Assembly: GCA_951804945.1 (NCBI GenBank) | Contig: OX638153.1 | Coordinates: 19,406,001-19,470,000, forward strand | DNA: 64,000 nt | Origin: Podarcis cretensis | Lineage: Eukaryota | Direction: 5' to 3' | Shown here: one piece after another, positions 10,361 to 22,830 of the stretch | Position numbering within the stretch: the stretch's first letter is position 1 | Layout: each line of letters opens with the position of its first letter | Program-made: the position numbers and the translations under genes | The notes under the pieces: generated by a model | The model's database searches: none | Told to the model about the DNA's origin: nothing | What the model saw: the letters and a program-made list of their open reading frames with translations, nothing else

Positions 10361-13300
10361 ATTTTGGTGTGGTTAATATGATTAAACACACCTTTGTAAT
10401 AAACTAGAGATGTGGTCTGCAGCATTGTCCCTCCCTGCTGGGTTCATTTGCTTGATCTTTACAAGTGACCTGTCCTGTCGCTGGGGCACTCCCATGGCAC
10501 ACTGTCCTCTTCCCCATTTCTGTGGGCTCCAGGGGGCTCACTGTTTGGAGGGACCCAGAATTAAATACACAGATTGGATGAGATAACCTTCAGGTGCCTT
10601 TCACTGCTATGTTTCTAGATGGTTGTTTCAAATTCCTTTGTCTATAGTACTCGGTGTGCTAAACATATAACAGAAGGCACCATACAGCTGCTTCTTGAAC
10701 TAGGTAAAGATCCAATAAATCAAACATAGGGGGAAGAGAGAAACTCATCAGATGCTTAGCAGGATCTCATGAATATTAAGTACATTTGCAGTTAGGCTGC
10801 CTCATTCTATTTTTTTCCCCGTTTAAGAAAAATCCAAAACAATAATGTGACTGGCTAACACCACTCCAGCTGTACAGGAGAGATAAAATATTTGACTTAG
10901 GGTGATTTTTATCAATTTGCTCCAGCTAGTGTTTGATCGACAGGAGAAGACCTTCCATCAGAAGGATTTGTAGTGCCTAAGAATTGGTACCTCTAGATTG
11001 GACAGTGGGCAGCTGTTAGATGTTGCAAATGTCCAAGATGGACTGGGACAATTGACTGGTTTGTCACGTATTTATTGCAAATTTCATATTGAAATTGTCT
11101 CATCGTGATTTGGGATGTGAGATTACATTGTCCTGAACTGAATATTTATCCTAAATGACCCTGCCATACTCCTAATAATGTTTATTTGTTAAGAGTAGCG
11201 AATATTGTTCAAAAATATGCACAGCTGCTGGAGGAGGGTGGCGAGTGTAGATTCCAGAATGGAAATGCATGTTATGTTTTCAGTGCATACTTTCATTGGT
11301 CCTGTAATTCCAAGTGATTTTAAGTCATGGGTCCAAGAGGAATTTTTTTTTTTTTGTTCCGCCACTTTCACTGGGAAAATCCACTTTTTTTCTGCTGAAC
11401 TGTAACAAACATCATTCAAGTTTTCTATGGATTGTAGTTTGATCAAGTGGCAGGACCATAAAAAAACCCTCTTGGACCCATGACTTTGAAACCATGAGAC
11501 AAATGAAAGTGTGGATGTACCCTTAGTAATAATAATTCATCTGATCTTTTTACTTGCTGCTAACTGTAGTATGAATTGCCGGCATCACATTGCACATTTC
11601 CACGCTTCTTTTCCTTTGACCACACTCAAAGCAAGTGGTGGTTCAGTAAATAGAAGTGTTGGACTGCGGAGTCCAGTGTTCCCATCAATATGATGTGAGG
11701 ATGTTTCTCTCCATACTATTTTGAGGATAAAATTGAATAATTGCTTGTGCAGCCTTGATCTCAAGGCCAAATACGACAGAAATTTCTCTGAGTATCCCTA
11801 GAGTGAGCATTGGGTTCCTGCACAGTTTTTAAGGACTATGTAGGATTTTACAGAGGACGGTGTAGTATTTTATATGGATTGTGTATAGCACTCTAAAGTG
11901 TTCAAAGCATATCACATACATTATCTCAGTCTGTACAACAACCATGTAAGGGAGACTAGAACTATCATCCTTTACTGCAGATGTGGGAGTGCTCCGTTTG
12001 AGTGGCAAAAGTGAGATTAGAAACTACTGTATCCAACTTGCTGCTAACACTCGTAGTCTCTAGACTCGCATCAGTTCAAATCACACACAGGCCTAATTGT
12101 TGTCTAGGCAATACCACTTTTAAAAAAGATCTCAAGAGGTACCAAATGAAACTCAATTTAAAACGGGGACTTGATACTCCTGAGTTATACTCTGGTGATT
12201 TGTAGAAGAGAAAGCTTAATTGTGGAAGGGCAAATCTTTCAGGATCCCGCCATACCTCTGAAGCATTATTATTAAAGACAACTACTGCCTTATTGTCCCT
12301 CTTCCTTCCATTCCCATATACATGCTACAGAGCGAGTTCTTATTTCAAGCCACACAGAGCAACCTCTTACCATTTGTAATTTATACTGGCTTGCTTTTAC
12401 AAGAAACAAGATCTGTACTTCCTGCTTGACCGATAACGATGCAGTTTACAACCAAGAAGTTAAGAGCACATCCGTTAAATCGAACAAACAAGAGATGAAA
12501 TAGATCCCTTCATCCCACATTACCTTCTAGAGGCCGTGATTAGCACTTCTGTGACTGGGGGAGAAAAATCTGTAGGGAAATGTTGTATTTGCATATGATT
12601 CAGCTTCTAAAACCACTTGCCACATTTTTCTTTAAAAATAATACCCCTTGCACTAATTCTATTAACTTGGTTTTACTGAAACTGCTGTTCAGATCTACAG
12701 CAATAATAAAAACTAAATTGTCTGACCTAGTTGAATCATATAATTTGCATCAATCTGTACTCTAAAACAGTTTTTGAGAATTGCATAGTCAACTGACTCT
12801 GAATAGTGTACATCTGATGGCTTTAACCTTTGAACCACAGCTAAGAGGTGGACCACAAGTTCACACACTTCTCATAAAATTCTCCCTCTCACCTTTAATT
12901 GTGTTTAAAATATATGTTGGCAGTGACCTTGTGGTTAACACTAACCAAGTCCTTTCTTATCCAGGATTTGTTAGCCAACTGGCACTAAAATGGCTTCGGT
13001 TTGAATCCCTAGCTAGGCACCTATTGCTCCCTCCCTCCCTCCCTCCCTCTCTGTATGCCACTAATTCTATTACTCCTCTAGCAGGTTATATGAGCCAATA
13101 AAAAACTTGTAGGGCAGGCTATTAAAATTAGTTGTGGGCTACTAATATCAGTGGACTATGGTTTTGTTGTAGGAGATTGGATGACCTCTGTGGGGCCTCT
13201 GAATGTTTGAGGGGTCTTGACCCAAAATATTTGGCCACCTCTGTTTTCAAGTACTCTGTGAAACTCTGTTTCACAGCTACAGGTTCCATTTTGGACCTCC

Positions 13301-13549
13301 AGACTGGAAGAGTAACTATCAGCATGCTCTGTTTTATTGCACTGCAGTATGTAAGTAAATCAGTGGTGGGCCAATAACTCATCGCCAACCCAGGGGTGCC
13401 TGGATGGGCCTTCATGCTGAGAAGTGAGGGAGTGAAATAATACAGTGTAACCAAATTTGAGCCCTGATGTATTGCATGTTGGCTATTTAACTGTTTTGGT
13501 TATTGCTAAAAATTGTGGTAGGAAGCCGCCAGAAAATGAAATGTGAGGA

Positions 13550-13721
13550 NNNNNNNNNNNNNNNNNNNNNNNNNNNNNNNNNNNNNNNNNNNNNNNNNNN
13601 NNNNNNNNNNNNNNNNNNNNNNNNNNNNNNNNNNNNNNNNNNNNNNNNNNNNNNNNNNNNNNNNNNNNNNNNNNNNNNNNNNNNNNNNNNNNNNNNNNNN
13701 NNNNNNNNNNNNNNNNNNNNN
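13550..13721. other. Assembly gap (N run)
   Basis: Direct reading. Confidence 1.
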
Positions 13722-14196
13722 GATATATGGGGTGTCAGGCATGTGATGAAGGTTTTATAAATTTCTGTCGCTTCTGTGTCTTGTGCTCACTACACTTGTG
13801 GCCTTCCTTGCCGTTTTCTCTGGGTGGCTGCAGTGCTAACTGAGCTTTTTAAATGCTTAGCACTGGGAATATGATTTTAAAAAGAAGAGCTGCTGTTTGT
13901 GTTTCCAATGGGCTGCTCAAATGTTTCCCCACAGGAGAGTTTTTTCATTTCAAAATTAGCAGTGGTTGTTGTGTATCCGTGTTTAGGAAAGGCAGCTCTC
14001 ATAAACTGAGTTGGAGGTAGCGTTATCTATCACCTGCACTGTTCAAAGCCTTTAGCAGGGATGTGAATGTACCACAGGTGTGCCCAAAAATGAGGGAGAA
14101 AAGAACACCATATGGGCAGAGGAATCGGTTTCTTGAAACTGTTTTCCTTTTCTTTCAAAGCAAGCTTTTGGTCCTTATGACTTCAGGTAGGTGTTT

Positions 14197-14446
14197 AAGA
14201 AGAAGAAGAGGAGTTTGGATTTGATATCCCGCTTTATAACTACCTGAAGGCGTCTCAAAGCGGCCAACAATCTCCTTTCCCTTCCTCCCCCACAACAAAC
14301 ACTCTGTGAGGTGAGTGGGGCTGAGAGACTTCAGAGAAGTGTGACTGGCCCAAGGTCACCCAGCAGCTGCATGTGGAGGAGCGGAGACGCGAACCTGGTC
14401 ATCACCAGATTAGGAGACTACCGCTTTTAACTACTACACCACACTG
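14197..14446 (-). mobile_element. tRNA-derived MIR/CORE-type squamate SINE with (TTC)n tail
   Basis: Reverse complement starts cagtgtggtgtagtagttaaaagcggtag (A box), has the gggtgaccttgggccagtcac core and a TTC tail; near-identical copy at 38673-38929. Confidence 0.85.
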
Positions 14447-14936
14447 TGCAGGTGATCTCAGAAGCCAAACAGGTGGCTGAACAAAACTTCTAGCAATTGG
14501 GAGCAGAGCTTCAGGGAGTAGAGCACAGCTCCCTGCCTCTTCCAGTAACTAGGAAATTAAATAAAACAATAACATGGTAAGATAGCATGCATACAGTCTT
14601 GAACTGCAGAATTTGTCTGAATTACCTTGGCACAGAATTTGTTTAAGCTTTTGTGTACAGTGTAAACACTGCTGTGCTTTGAACTCCTTGTGATAAAAGT
14701 ATAGCAAAGGGTAGTTTTTCTCAGTAAGTTGCAGTGACGTCGGTGAACCACTTACTTTTCCGTGGATTCCCCCCCCCCCTTTTCCATAAGTAGTGACAAT
14801 GAATGGATGCCAATTGCAAATACAGTATTGGGCAAGCTTGGCAGTTCCAAAGTTTTTGGCTAGGTTTGCTATATACAAGCCCGCAGGAGAGCACAGTCGG
14901 TAGAGCATGAGACTGTTAATCTCAGGGTCTTGGGTT

Positions 14937-15755
14937 TGTTATAAGAAAATACTGCTCCTTTTCTCTTTATGGGGTACCCAAGAGCCCGTATAGAGTTACT
15001 ATGTAGGTTCCCTATTGGTAGGAGAAAATAACAGAGGCCAAGCAGAGAATATTGAGAAGCAAAGCAGCTAGTATTCCTGATCTTTATTAAATTGTTGCAA
15101 CAGGGTGCTCACCCCCCCCCACGCAGGAGGGAGGAGGAACCCAGAACAATGGTGTGCAAGCCCTTATACAGTGGTACCTCGGGTTTACACACGCTTCAGG
15201 TTACATACGCTTCAGGTTACAGACTCCGCTAACCCAGAAATAGTACCTTGGGTTAAGAACTTTGCTTCAGGATGAGAAAAGAAATCGTGCTCCGGCAGCG
15301 CGGCAGCAGCAGGAGGCCCCATTAGCTAAAGTGGTGCTTCAGGTTAAGAACAGTTTCAGGTTAAAAATGGACCTCCGGAACGAATTAAGTACTTAACCCG
15401 AGGTACCACTGTATAGACTTTTGAAATTGCCCCCCTGTAGGTCAAGACCACCCCTTAATACATCATACATATATCACAGAAGGGGCGGTCTACAGCAGAA
15501 TCATGTCTGGCAGGAAACCTGGTTTCCTGGCTGTTAATGGGTTTACCTGGACAGCCTGGCCATTCTTTTGTGATGATAAATACTTAATTCCTACAGGCTC
15601 ACCCTATTCATACACTAATGTACCCTTAAGGCAGGATGGTGATGACTGTTCTCCTGTACTATTTCAGACACATAGTTTATATACTTATGTATATGTTTGC
15701 CTGGTACATTTATGAACATTTATTTTATATCTTAGACCTTACAATTCTCATAACA
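14937..15755 (-). mobile_element. Solo LTR (about 574 bp after removing the nested MITE)
   Basis: TG...CA termini with an 11-bp inverted end (tgttataagaa/ttctcataaca); 4-bp TSD ggtt (14933-14936, 15756-15759); minus-strand TATATAA reconstructed across the MITE and AATAAA about 80 bp downstream (near 15083-15088). Confidence 0.8.
15169..15411 (-). mobile_element. Tc1/mariner MITE, family A, nested in the LTR
   Basis: TIR cagtggtacctcgggtt...aacccgaggtaccactg; TA TSD. Confidence 0.93.
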
Positions 15756-15807
15756 GGTTCAAGCCCCACATTGGGCCAAAAGAATCCTACGTTGCTGGGA
15801 GTTGGAA

Positions 15808-16278
15808 CAGGGGTAGCCCATTCCCAAGAGACTGCAATCTACTCTCAGAGTTCAAAACTGGCAGTGATCTACCCCCTTGTGGGGGTGCGGGGCAAAAATA
15901 CTGAGCTTTTTTTAGGGGAGCCAAAGCTCTTGAGCAGGGGTAGGCAACCTAAGGCCCGCGGGCCAGATGCGGCCCAATCGCCTTCTCAATTCGGCCCATG
16001 GACAGTCCGGGAATCAGCGTGTTTATACAAGAGTGGAATGTGTCCTTTTATTTAAAATGCATCTCTGGGCTATTTGTGGGGCATAGGAATTCATCCATTC
16101 CCCCCCCCCCAAAAAAATATAGTCTGGCCCCCCCACAAGGTCTGAGGGATGGTGGACCGGCCCACGGCTGAGAAATGTTGCTGACCCTTGTTCTTGAGCT
16201 TTGGGGGAAGCCTGTGATCTACCAGGGATCTACCACATATGATCTACCTGTTTGATCTACCACATTGGCTAGCCCCAC
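15808..16278. mobile_element. Older hAT MITE hosting a second hAT
   Basis: caggggtagccca...ttggctagcccc ends; internal gatctac repeats on both sides of the nested element. Confidence 0.6.
15935..16190. mobile_element. hAT (Charlie-like) MITE
   Basis: caggggtaggcaacc...gttgctgacccttg; TSD ctcttgag/ttcttgag; ggccc subterminal motifs. Confidence 0.85.
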
Positions 16279-16683
16279 ACTCCAGAAAAATTTCCAGTGC
16301 AATGTGGAGTTTTTCTGATGCAAATTACTGTAATCTGCATGATAAGTTTTGCAATTATTTCCCTCAGAAAACTGACATCACTGATTATTTGCAGTATAGT
16401 TTAATAGCAAGCATGTGTGTAGATACAAGATCTAACAGTGTACAGAGGAGAATATTCTGCTTTGTAGAGCTGCCTCAGTAAAAAAGACAAGTATGTCTCA
16501 TAATTGCTTACCTTTCACTAGATGGTGCAAACTTGTTTTCTAAAACCATTTAATTGGTTGCTTTTTTTACATTGTTTTGCTTAACTTCTTTTCAGCTTTA
16601 TCATCATCATCATCATCTACAAGTTTAGTTTTGTTGGTTTCTATTTTTAGTAAAATATTTTCTTCTTCCAAATTGACTATTCC

Positions 16684-16836
16684 CAGTGGCGTAGCGTGGG
16701 GGGTGCAGGGGGGGCCAGCCGCACCGGGCGCAACATCTGGGGGTTAGGGTTAGGGTTAGGGGGCGCAAATCCACGGGTTAGGGGGCGCAAATTACTTGCC
16801 TTGCCCTGGGTGCTGACAACCCACGCTACGCCACTG
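16684..16836 (+). mobile_element. hAT MITE containing TTAGGG repeats (copy 1)
   Basis: Perfect 17-bp TIR cagtggcgtagcgtggg/cccacgctacgccactg; 8-bp TSD actattcc; internal (TTAGGG)3 plus 1. Confidence 0.93.
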
Positions 16837-18456
16837 ACTATTCCTTTTCATAATTTGATTTCAGCATCTGTGGAAAGACAGAGAGGTATTTCATTTATAA
16901 AATTTACTATTTTCCACCAAGAAGTCAGCTTATGGTATGGCACCTTTCTGTGGAGTTGGCTGGGATGAAGGGTGAACTCAAAGAGGAGATCAAAACAAAT
17001 ACCAGAGTAAACTGGCAAATTTTGGGTGCCTGTCAGATTCTACAATTGCAGCAGAAGAGTGTGCATCAGGATGCAATTGCACAGCGCTGATAGCCATGTT
17101 AGTGATACAGTGGAGGGTCCCATCCAAGTGTGTACCACCTAACCCAATTTAGAGATGACTGTGTCACAGAAGAACACAAGTACCACCGGTTGAAATCAGC
17201 CAGGGAATATATGTTTCCTGTGGCCAAGTTTAGCACTTGCTTGTTAGTTATTGTAAAGATCAAATGACAGCCTTTTTTGCAAGGTTAGGTCAGGAGGGCA
17301 TAAATGGATGGAAAGTGGGACAACTATCTGGAGGTTTAAGGAAAAATAAATAGAGCCGGTTTGCTAAGAGCAAATACTGATAAGGCAGGTTGTGTTGGAA
17401 CACAGCTCATTTACCGGCTGGATGGAATACATAGCCAGGTAGCTATGGTCTGTGGGATTGCCCTGGTCTAGTCTTTTTGTTGAGCTGTTGTTCTGTCGCT
17501 CTATAATTTAATAACAAATAAGGCATTTGAAAAGTAACCTCTACTTTAAAAAATTGTAATTAAACCATTATAAAAGAGCACTAAAAGTAATAATATGTCA
17601 GAGTAGTAAAGAACAGAGACAAGTAAGCTGATTCCAAAAGTAACTGTTTTCTAGGGGTCTCCAATCCCTTTCCTGAAGCTTTACAGTATACAGTGCCGGA
17701 AAATATGGGTGCCCCTTCTTGCAGCAGAAAATGCAATGGACTTGGTGGTAGCATTGTCTTCTGCCAACTGCATGACTTCTTACACCTTTGTTTTCTGCTT
17801 CCACCTGAAGCCTCTACTCCTGTTTCTAGACAAGATTTGCTTGTATTGGGCACTTCCAGTCTGGATTGAAATGGGTTGAGAATTTTCTACTTTGCGAAGC
17901 AGTGCTTTGACGTTTTTAAAAACCTAATCAGCTTGTAAAAGTTTGAGATGAAGGTGCTTGACGGTTTGGAGGACAGCCTTCTGAAGGTTTCACAGAATAT
18001 TTGCCCAAGCTGCCAAGCAAACCCAGTTGAGTGATTGGTATGATCAGTTGCCACTAAAAAGTGATGGCTACAAAACTAGAAATAAGTTCCTAAGCTGAAC
18101 TCTTTTCTTTTCTTTTTTCTTTTTTTTAGGGAGGAAAGTTTTTCAGTGTCTGTGAGCAGTATAACTTATGACATCAGTAGAGAGCTGTGAATATATGTGT
18201 GCTCTCTTTCTTTGCACATGGTAGAGTGTCAAACTGGCTGAACTTTCCATACCCTTCAATATGGTTGGCATCCCGGCTGCTTAGTCACACGCTCATTTTG
18301 AAAAACTAGGTTGTTGCCTCCTCAATTTTTCAATAAGAAACAGAGTTACTGAGGTCCCATGGATGCAAAGGGCAACAGCCACAATAAGAGGGAGCAGAAG
18401 TTGCTTCAAATTTGTTGCTTCAGAGCTACTAGCTGAACTCTGTAGTCTTCTACTGG

Positions 18457-18460
<4 letters not shown>

Positions 18461-18502
<42 letters not shown>
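18461..18502. repeat. (CT)n microsatellite
   Basis: Direct reading. Confidence 0.98.
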
Positions 18503-18503
<1 letters not shown>

Positions 18504-18983
18504 GCTCTGCAATCATTATATATCAGAAGGTGATGCAACTTTGAGTATGTCTTAACTTCCCTCCCATTTACAGATCAACAGTGCTGTGTAAATACTGCCC
18601 TTCAAGGCAAATAAGTAAACAACACTACTCTTTCCCTTCCGGTTTACTTTCTCCAAGTGGGAACCAGTTCAAAACCGCTTGAACTGTGGTGTGCCTGAAG
18701 AATAGTGGTACTTCGTTACAGAGATGCGCTTGCATTTCTACCAATACTCATGCTTGTTCTTGAAATAGTGGTGAAAAGAATTTGGGCTAAGTATGTGTGG
18801 CTTCACAAGACCCTCTCCCCTACTGTGGTTTCCAGTGACTTGTATCCAGAAGCGTTGCTACCTCTTAACTGTGGAGGCAGAGCATGGCCATCATGGCTAG
18901 TAGCCATTGATAGCAGTCTGCTCTGTGAGTTGTCTAATTCTCTTTTGAATCTGTAGTTCAACTATGTGTTGTGTGAAGAAGTA

Positions 18984-19238
18984 CTGTATTTTTCGCTCCA
19001 TAAGATGCACTTTCCCTCCTAAAAAGTAAGGGGAAATGTGTGTGCGTCTTATGGAGCGAATGCGGGCTGCACAGCTATCCCAGAAGCCAGAACAGCAAGA
19101 GGGATCGCTGCTTTCGCTGCACAGGGATCCCTCTTGTTGTTCTGGCTTGTGAGATTCAGAATAGTTTTTTTCTTGTTTTCCTCCTCCAAAAACTAGGTGC
19201 GTCTTATGGTCTGGTGCATCTTATAGAGCGAAAAATAC
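18984..19238. mobile_element. Tc1/mariner Tc2-like MITE (CCGTATTTTTCGC-type termini)
   Basis: ta-ctgtatttttcgctccataagatgcac...gtgcatcttatagagcgaaaaatac inverted ends; single internal hairpin. Confidence 0.8.
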
Positions 19239-19368
19239 TTTCTTTTACCCATCCTGAATCTTCCTTCCAACTCTCAGATTCATTGGATGTCCATGAGTTC
19301 TAGTGTTATGAGAGACGGAGAAAAGCTTTTCTTTGTCCACTATTCCCATGCCATGCATAATTTTATAA

Positions 19369-19369
<1 letters not shown>

Positions 19370-19427
<58 letters not shown>

Positions 19428-20295
19428 TTATTATTACCCCGCCCATCTGGCTGGGATTCCCCAGCCACTCTGGGCGGCTTCCAACTGAATAATAAAAAAA
19501 ATACAGCATTAGACATTAAAAACTTCCCTAAAGAGGGCTGCCTTCAGTTGTCTTTTAAAAGTAAAATAGTTGTTTATTGCCTTGACATCTGCTGGGAGGG
19601 TGTTCCACAGGGCAGGCGCCACTACTGAGAACGCCCTCTGTCTGGTTCCCTGTAGCCTCACTTTTCGCAATGAGGGAACCACCAGAAGGCCCTTGGCGAT
19701 GGACCTCAGTGTCCGGGCTGAACGATGGGGGTGGAGACGCTCCTTCAGGTATACAGGACCGAGGTCGTTTAGGGCTTTAAAGGTCAGCACCAACACTTTG
19801 AATTGTGCTCGGAAATGTACTGGGAGCCAATGCAGATCTCTCAGAACCAGTGTTATGTGGTCCCGGCGGCCACTCCCAGTCACCAGTCTAGCTGCCGCAT
19901 TCTGGATTAATTGCAGTTTCTGGGTCACCTTCAAAGGTAGCCCCACGTAGAGCGCACTGCAGTAGTCCAAGCAGGAGATAACTAGAGCATGCACCACTCT
20001 GGTGAGACAGTCCGCGGGCAGGTAGGGTCTTAGCATGAGTACCAGGTGGAGCTGGTAGACAGCTGCCCTGGACACAGATTTGACCTGTGCCTCCATGGAC
20101 AGCTGTGAGTCCAAAATGACTCCCAGGCTGCGCACCTGCTCCTTCAGGGGCACAGTTACCCCATTCAGGACCAGGGAATCCCCCACACCCACCCGCCCCC
20201 TGTCCCCCTAAAACAGTACTTCTGTCTTGTCAGGATTCAACCTCAATCTGTTAGCTACCATCCATCCTCCAACCGCCTCCAGGCACTCACACAGG
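19370..20295 (-). mobile_element. L2-clade LINE, 5'-truncated, with the C-terminal 227 aa of ORF2 open
   Basis: ORF 19509-20192 has RSLGVILDSQLSM...HALVISCLDYC...LQLIQNAAARLV...LHWLPV...RAFSVVAPALWNTLP, diagnostic of L2; (AAT)n/(AAG)n tail. Confidence 0.93.
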
Positions 20296-21499
20296 ATATG
20301 TCACCTCTTACAATTTCTCTAGAAAGTCCCAAATGTTGCAACTTTTCTTCACAGTGGAGTCGCTCCATCTCCTTTATCATTTTGGTTGCCCTTTTTGATT
20401 TTTTCCCCTAACTCCTATAATATCTTCTTTGAAGTGAGGCAATCAGAGCTGTACATAGTATTCCACATGTGGTCACACCATAGATTTGTATAATGACATT
20501 ATGATACTGGCAGTTTTATTTTCAATTCCTTTCCTAATGGTCTCAAGCATGGAATTTGCCTTCTTCCCAGCTGCCACACACTGGGTCAACATCTACATTG
20601 AGCTATATAAGCTGAAGTCTGGATATTAGCTAAGAATTTAAATACATCTGTGCCATCAGTTATAACACACAGTTAACTATCTCTGGACGATTTCTTGCTT
20701 TGATTGTTGAAGGTTAAAATCATGCATATTTTTCATTCACGTTTCAAATGTTATGCTCAAGCGTATTCAAAAATGGAAATCCATAGTTGATCTGCATTGT
20801 AAAAAATAACTGGTAAATATGTAACAAGAAGGCAGAAGGGGAGAGTGCCACCATTATCCAATAAATTTAGCAGTGCAATAAATACCGTAAATAAGATTGC
20901 CCTGCTGAAAACTTTAGATTCGGTAGAAAAGAGAACAGGCTAATTCTGTTCCCTAATTAGTCTTAAGCAAATTAATTTTGGCTCCTTCTGCAGTCCTAAA
21001 ATAAATCATTCACCTCTCATCTGTTCTCGTTTTCCTTTGGAACTGTAGAATCAGCAACTGTGTGTACGTGGAAGAAAATTATAAAGCAAATAAAAAAATG
21101 CCACACAAAGTGCTTGGCTTATGGCTTTCGCTGGCTCTCTCTCCCCCCCCCCCCCAAGTGGCTCTGCTAGTATTGTCACAAGTCTTAGCTTTTATATAAC
21201 CATTTTTCTGGGTGTTTGGATGACCTACCCTGGAAAGTAGGTGGATATTTATTCTTATCCCCATATTACAGGTGGGCAGCTGAGAGATGTGTCAAGGGGG
21301 GCTGGATGCTAGAGAAGATCCCGATGACAACAACAAATGGTCATTGGTGAACTCCTGTTGTGTTACGATGCTACCATGCCCTTTACTCCCAAGAGATTGT
21401 AGCTTTGTAGGATTCCCACATTTGGTTAGCTTCAAAGGTAGAACTGCGTCAGATGCCTTCTAGCTATTTTGCAGCAGTTGCCGCATCCATCCTAGACTA

Positions 21500-21741
21500 C
21501 AGTGGTACATCTGGTTACGTACTTAATTCGTTCCAGAGGTCCGTTCTTAACCTGAAACTGTTCTTAACCCGAAGCACCACGTTAGCTAATGGGGCCTCCT
21601 GCTGCTGCCGCGCCGCCGGAGCACGATTTCTGTTCTCATCCTGAAGCAAAGTTCTTAACCTGAGGTACTATTTCTGGGTTAGCGGAGTCTGTAACCTGAA
21701 GCATATGTAACCTGAAGCGTATGTAACCCGAGGTACCACTG
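21500..21741 (+). mobile_element. Tc1/mariner MITE, family A
   Basis: TIR cagtggtac...gtaccactg; TA TSD. Confidence 0.93.
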
Positions 21742-22830
21742 TATTGGTATCCTTAATGGTGCAGGAAGGTCTATCAGGCTGTTCAGGTGACCCTGTAAAA
21801 TTGGTGTACTAATTATTTGGATCTACTGGATATGAGTTGGCTGTAGTTGAACTACCAAATATGCACTTAAATTCTCATCCTGTACAAAGTTGAAAAGGTC
21901 TCTGAATGTCCTTCTAATGTATTTACTGGGGAAATGTGTTTGAGCTGGAATTAAATGGATTCCCTATCTGTCACTGACTGTCTCTACTATAGACAGAAAG
22001 ATCTGATGAGGAATATCTGTCGGTGTCAGGAAGAATAGGTGATAACTTTTATTAAATTATGTAGTCTCGGCTAATCTGTTCATACAGCTATGTCTGTTAG
22101 AAGCGACAAACTAATATGTCATCAAACTTGACAGCCCCCTTAGTTGACTGTACAAACGTGAAGCAAACTGTCATTTAAATACTTTGGAAGTGATGAGTTT
22201 GAGATAAAAGAAATGTATTCCTCAAGCTGCAGTTCAGAAAGTGTGTGTGTTTGCAAGTGAGAGAAAGAGAATGCTAAAGTGGATTTGAGTTACAAAGTTG
22301 GGTGAGTGGGGCATAAATGCACAACTTTTCTATATTTTTTGTGTTTTCTGCTAAAGGACGGTTGTGGAGCTGAATTTTGCCCCTAACAAATGTTGGCATT
22401 CATGAGGATTCCTTAAAGCCAAGAGTATATATATATATTTAAAAATACCATTTTATGCTGCGTTTATGGTGTGTTTTAAAGCATATCAGAAACAAAACAT
22501 GACGAGGGAGTTCCCCCCTGCCTGACCCAAAAAATAAAAAGAGGACTGTGATGGTGGTCAGAGGGGGAAGAGAGGCATATAAAGGGGGTAGCAAGAGATG
22601 AAGATGAACACAAAGAAACATTTATTTGTAAATTTCAGGGATTTAATGGAAGATGGGGAGAGAGGTGACATTTGAAGCATGAAGTTTCAAGCACAAGTGG
22701 GGAGGGAGAGCAAGGGAGAATGGGAAGGAAGCTTCTAAGTGAACAGGAGATATCCAGGAGGCTCAGAGTAGTAGAGATGAGTGGAATGAGGTGAGCCATT
22801 GGTGCTTCCATTGTGTTGAAATAAAAGAAG

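Larger units (their letters stand above)
14879..15807 (+). mobile_element. tRNA-Lys-derived SINE head, split by the LTR at 14937-15755
   Basis: cagtcggtagagcatgagactgttaatctcagggtcttgggtt|caagccccacattgggc closely follows vertebrate tRNA-Lys(CTT), followed by a non-tRNA tail (aaaagaatcctacgttgctgggagttgga). Confidence 0.85.
18830..20606 (-). mobile_element. Degraded CR1 LINE 3' portion, interrupted by a Tc2-like MITE and an L2
   Basis: Pieces gtgtgaagaagtac|tttctttt, ccatgcataattttata|tatgtcacctctt, tttggttgcccttttt and gctgtacatagtattcca join into a CR1 RT C-terminal region once the inserts are removed. Confidence 0.7.

Noticed and set aside
13503-13760. ORFs spanning poly-X
   Set aside because: Artefacts of the N gap
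14879-15776. Functional tRNA-Lys gene or a retroviral primer-binding site
   Set aside because: Mutated acceptor stem and anticodon loop, split by the LTR, followed by a SINE tail; the LTR is not followed by a TGG-starting PBS
16741-16790. Chromosome-fusion or telomere-healing scar
   Set aside because: The TTAGGG units are inside a TIR- and TSD-bounded element present at three loci and are not in head-to-head arrangement
19509-20192. 227-aa ORF as a host gene
   Set aside because: It is the C-terminus of an L2 ORF2 in a 5'-truncated copy
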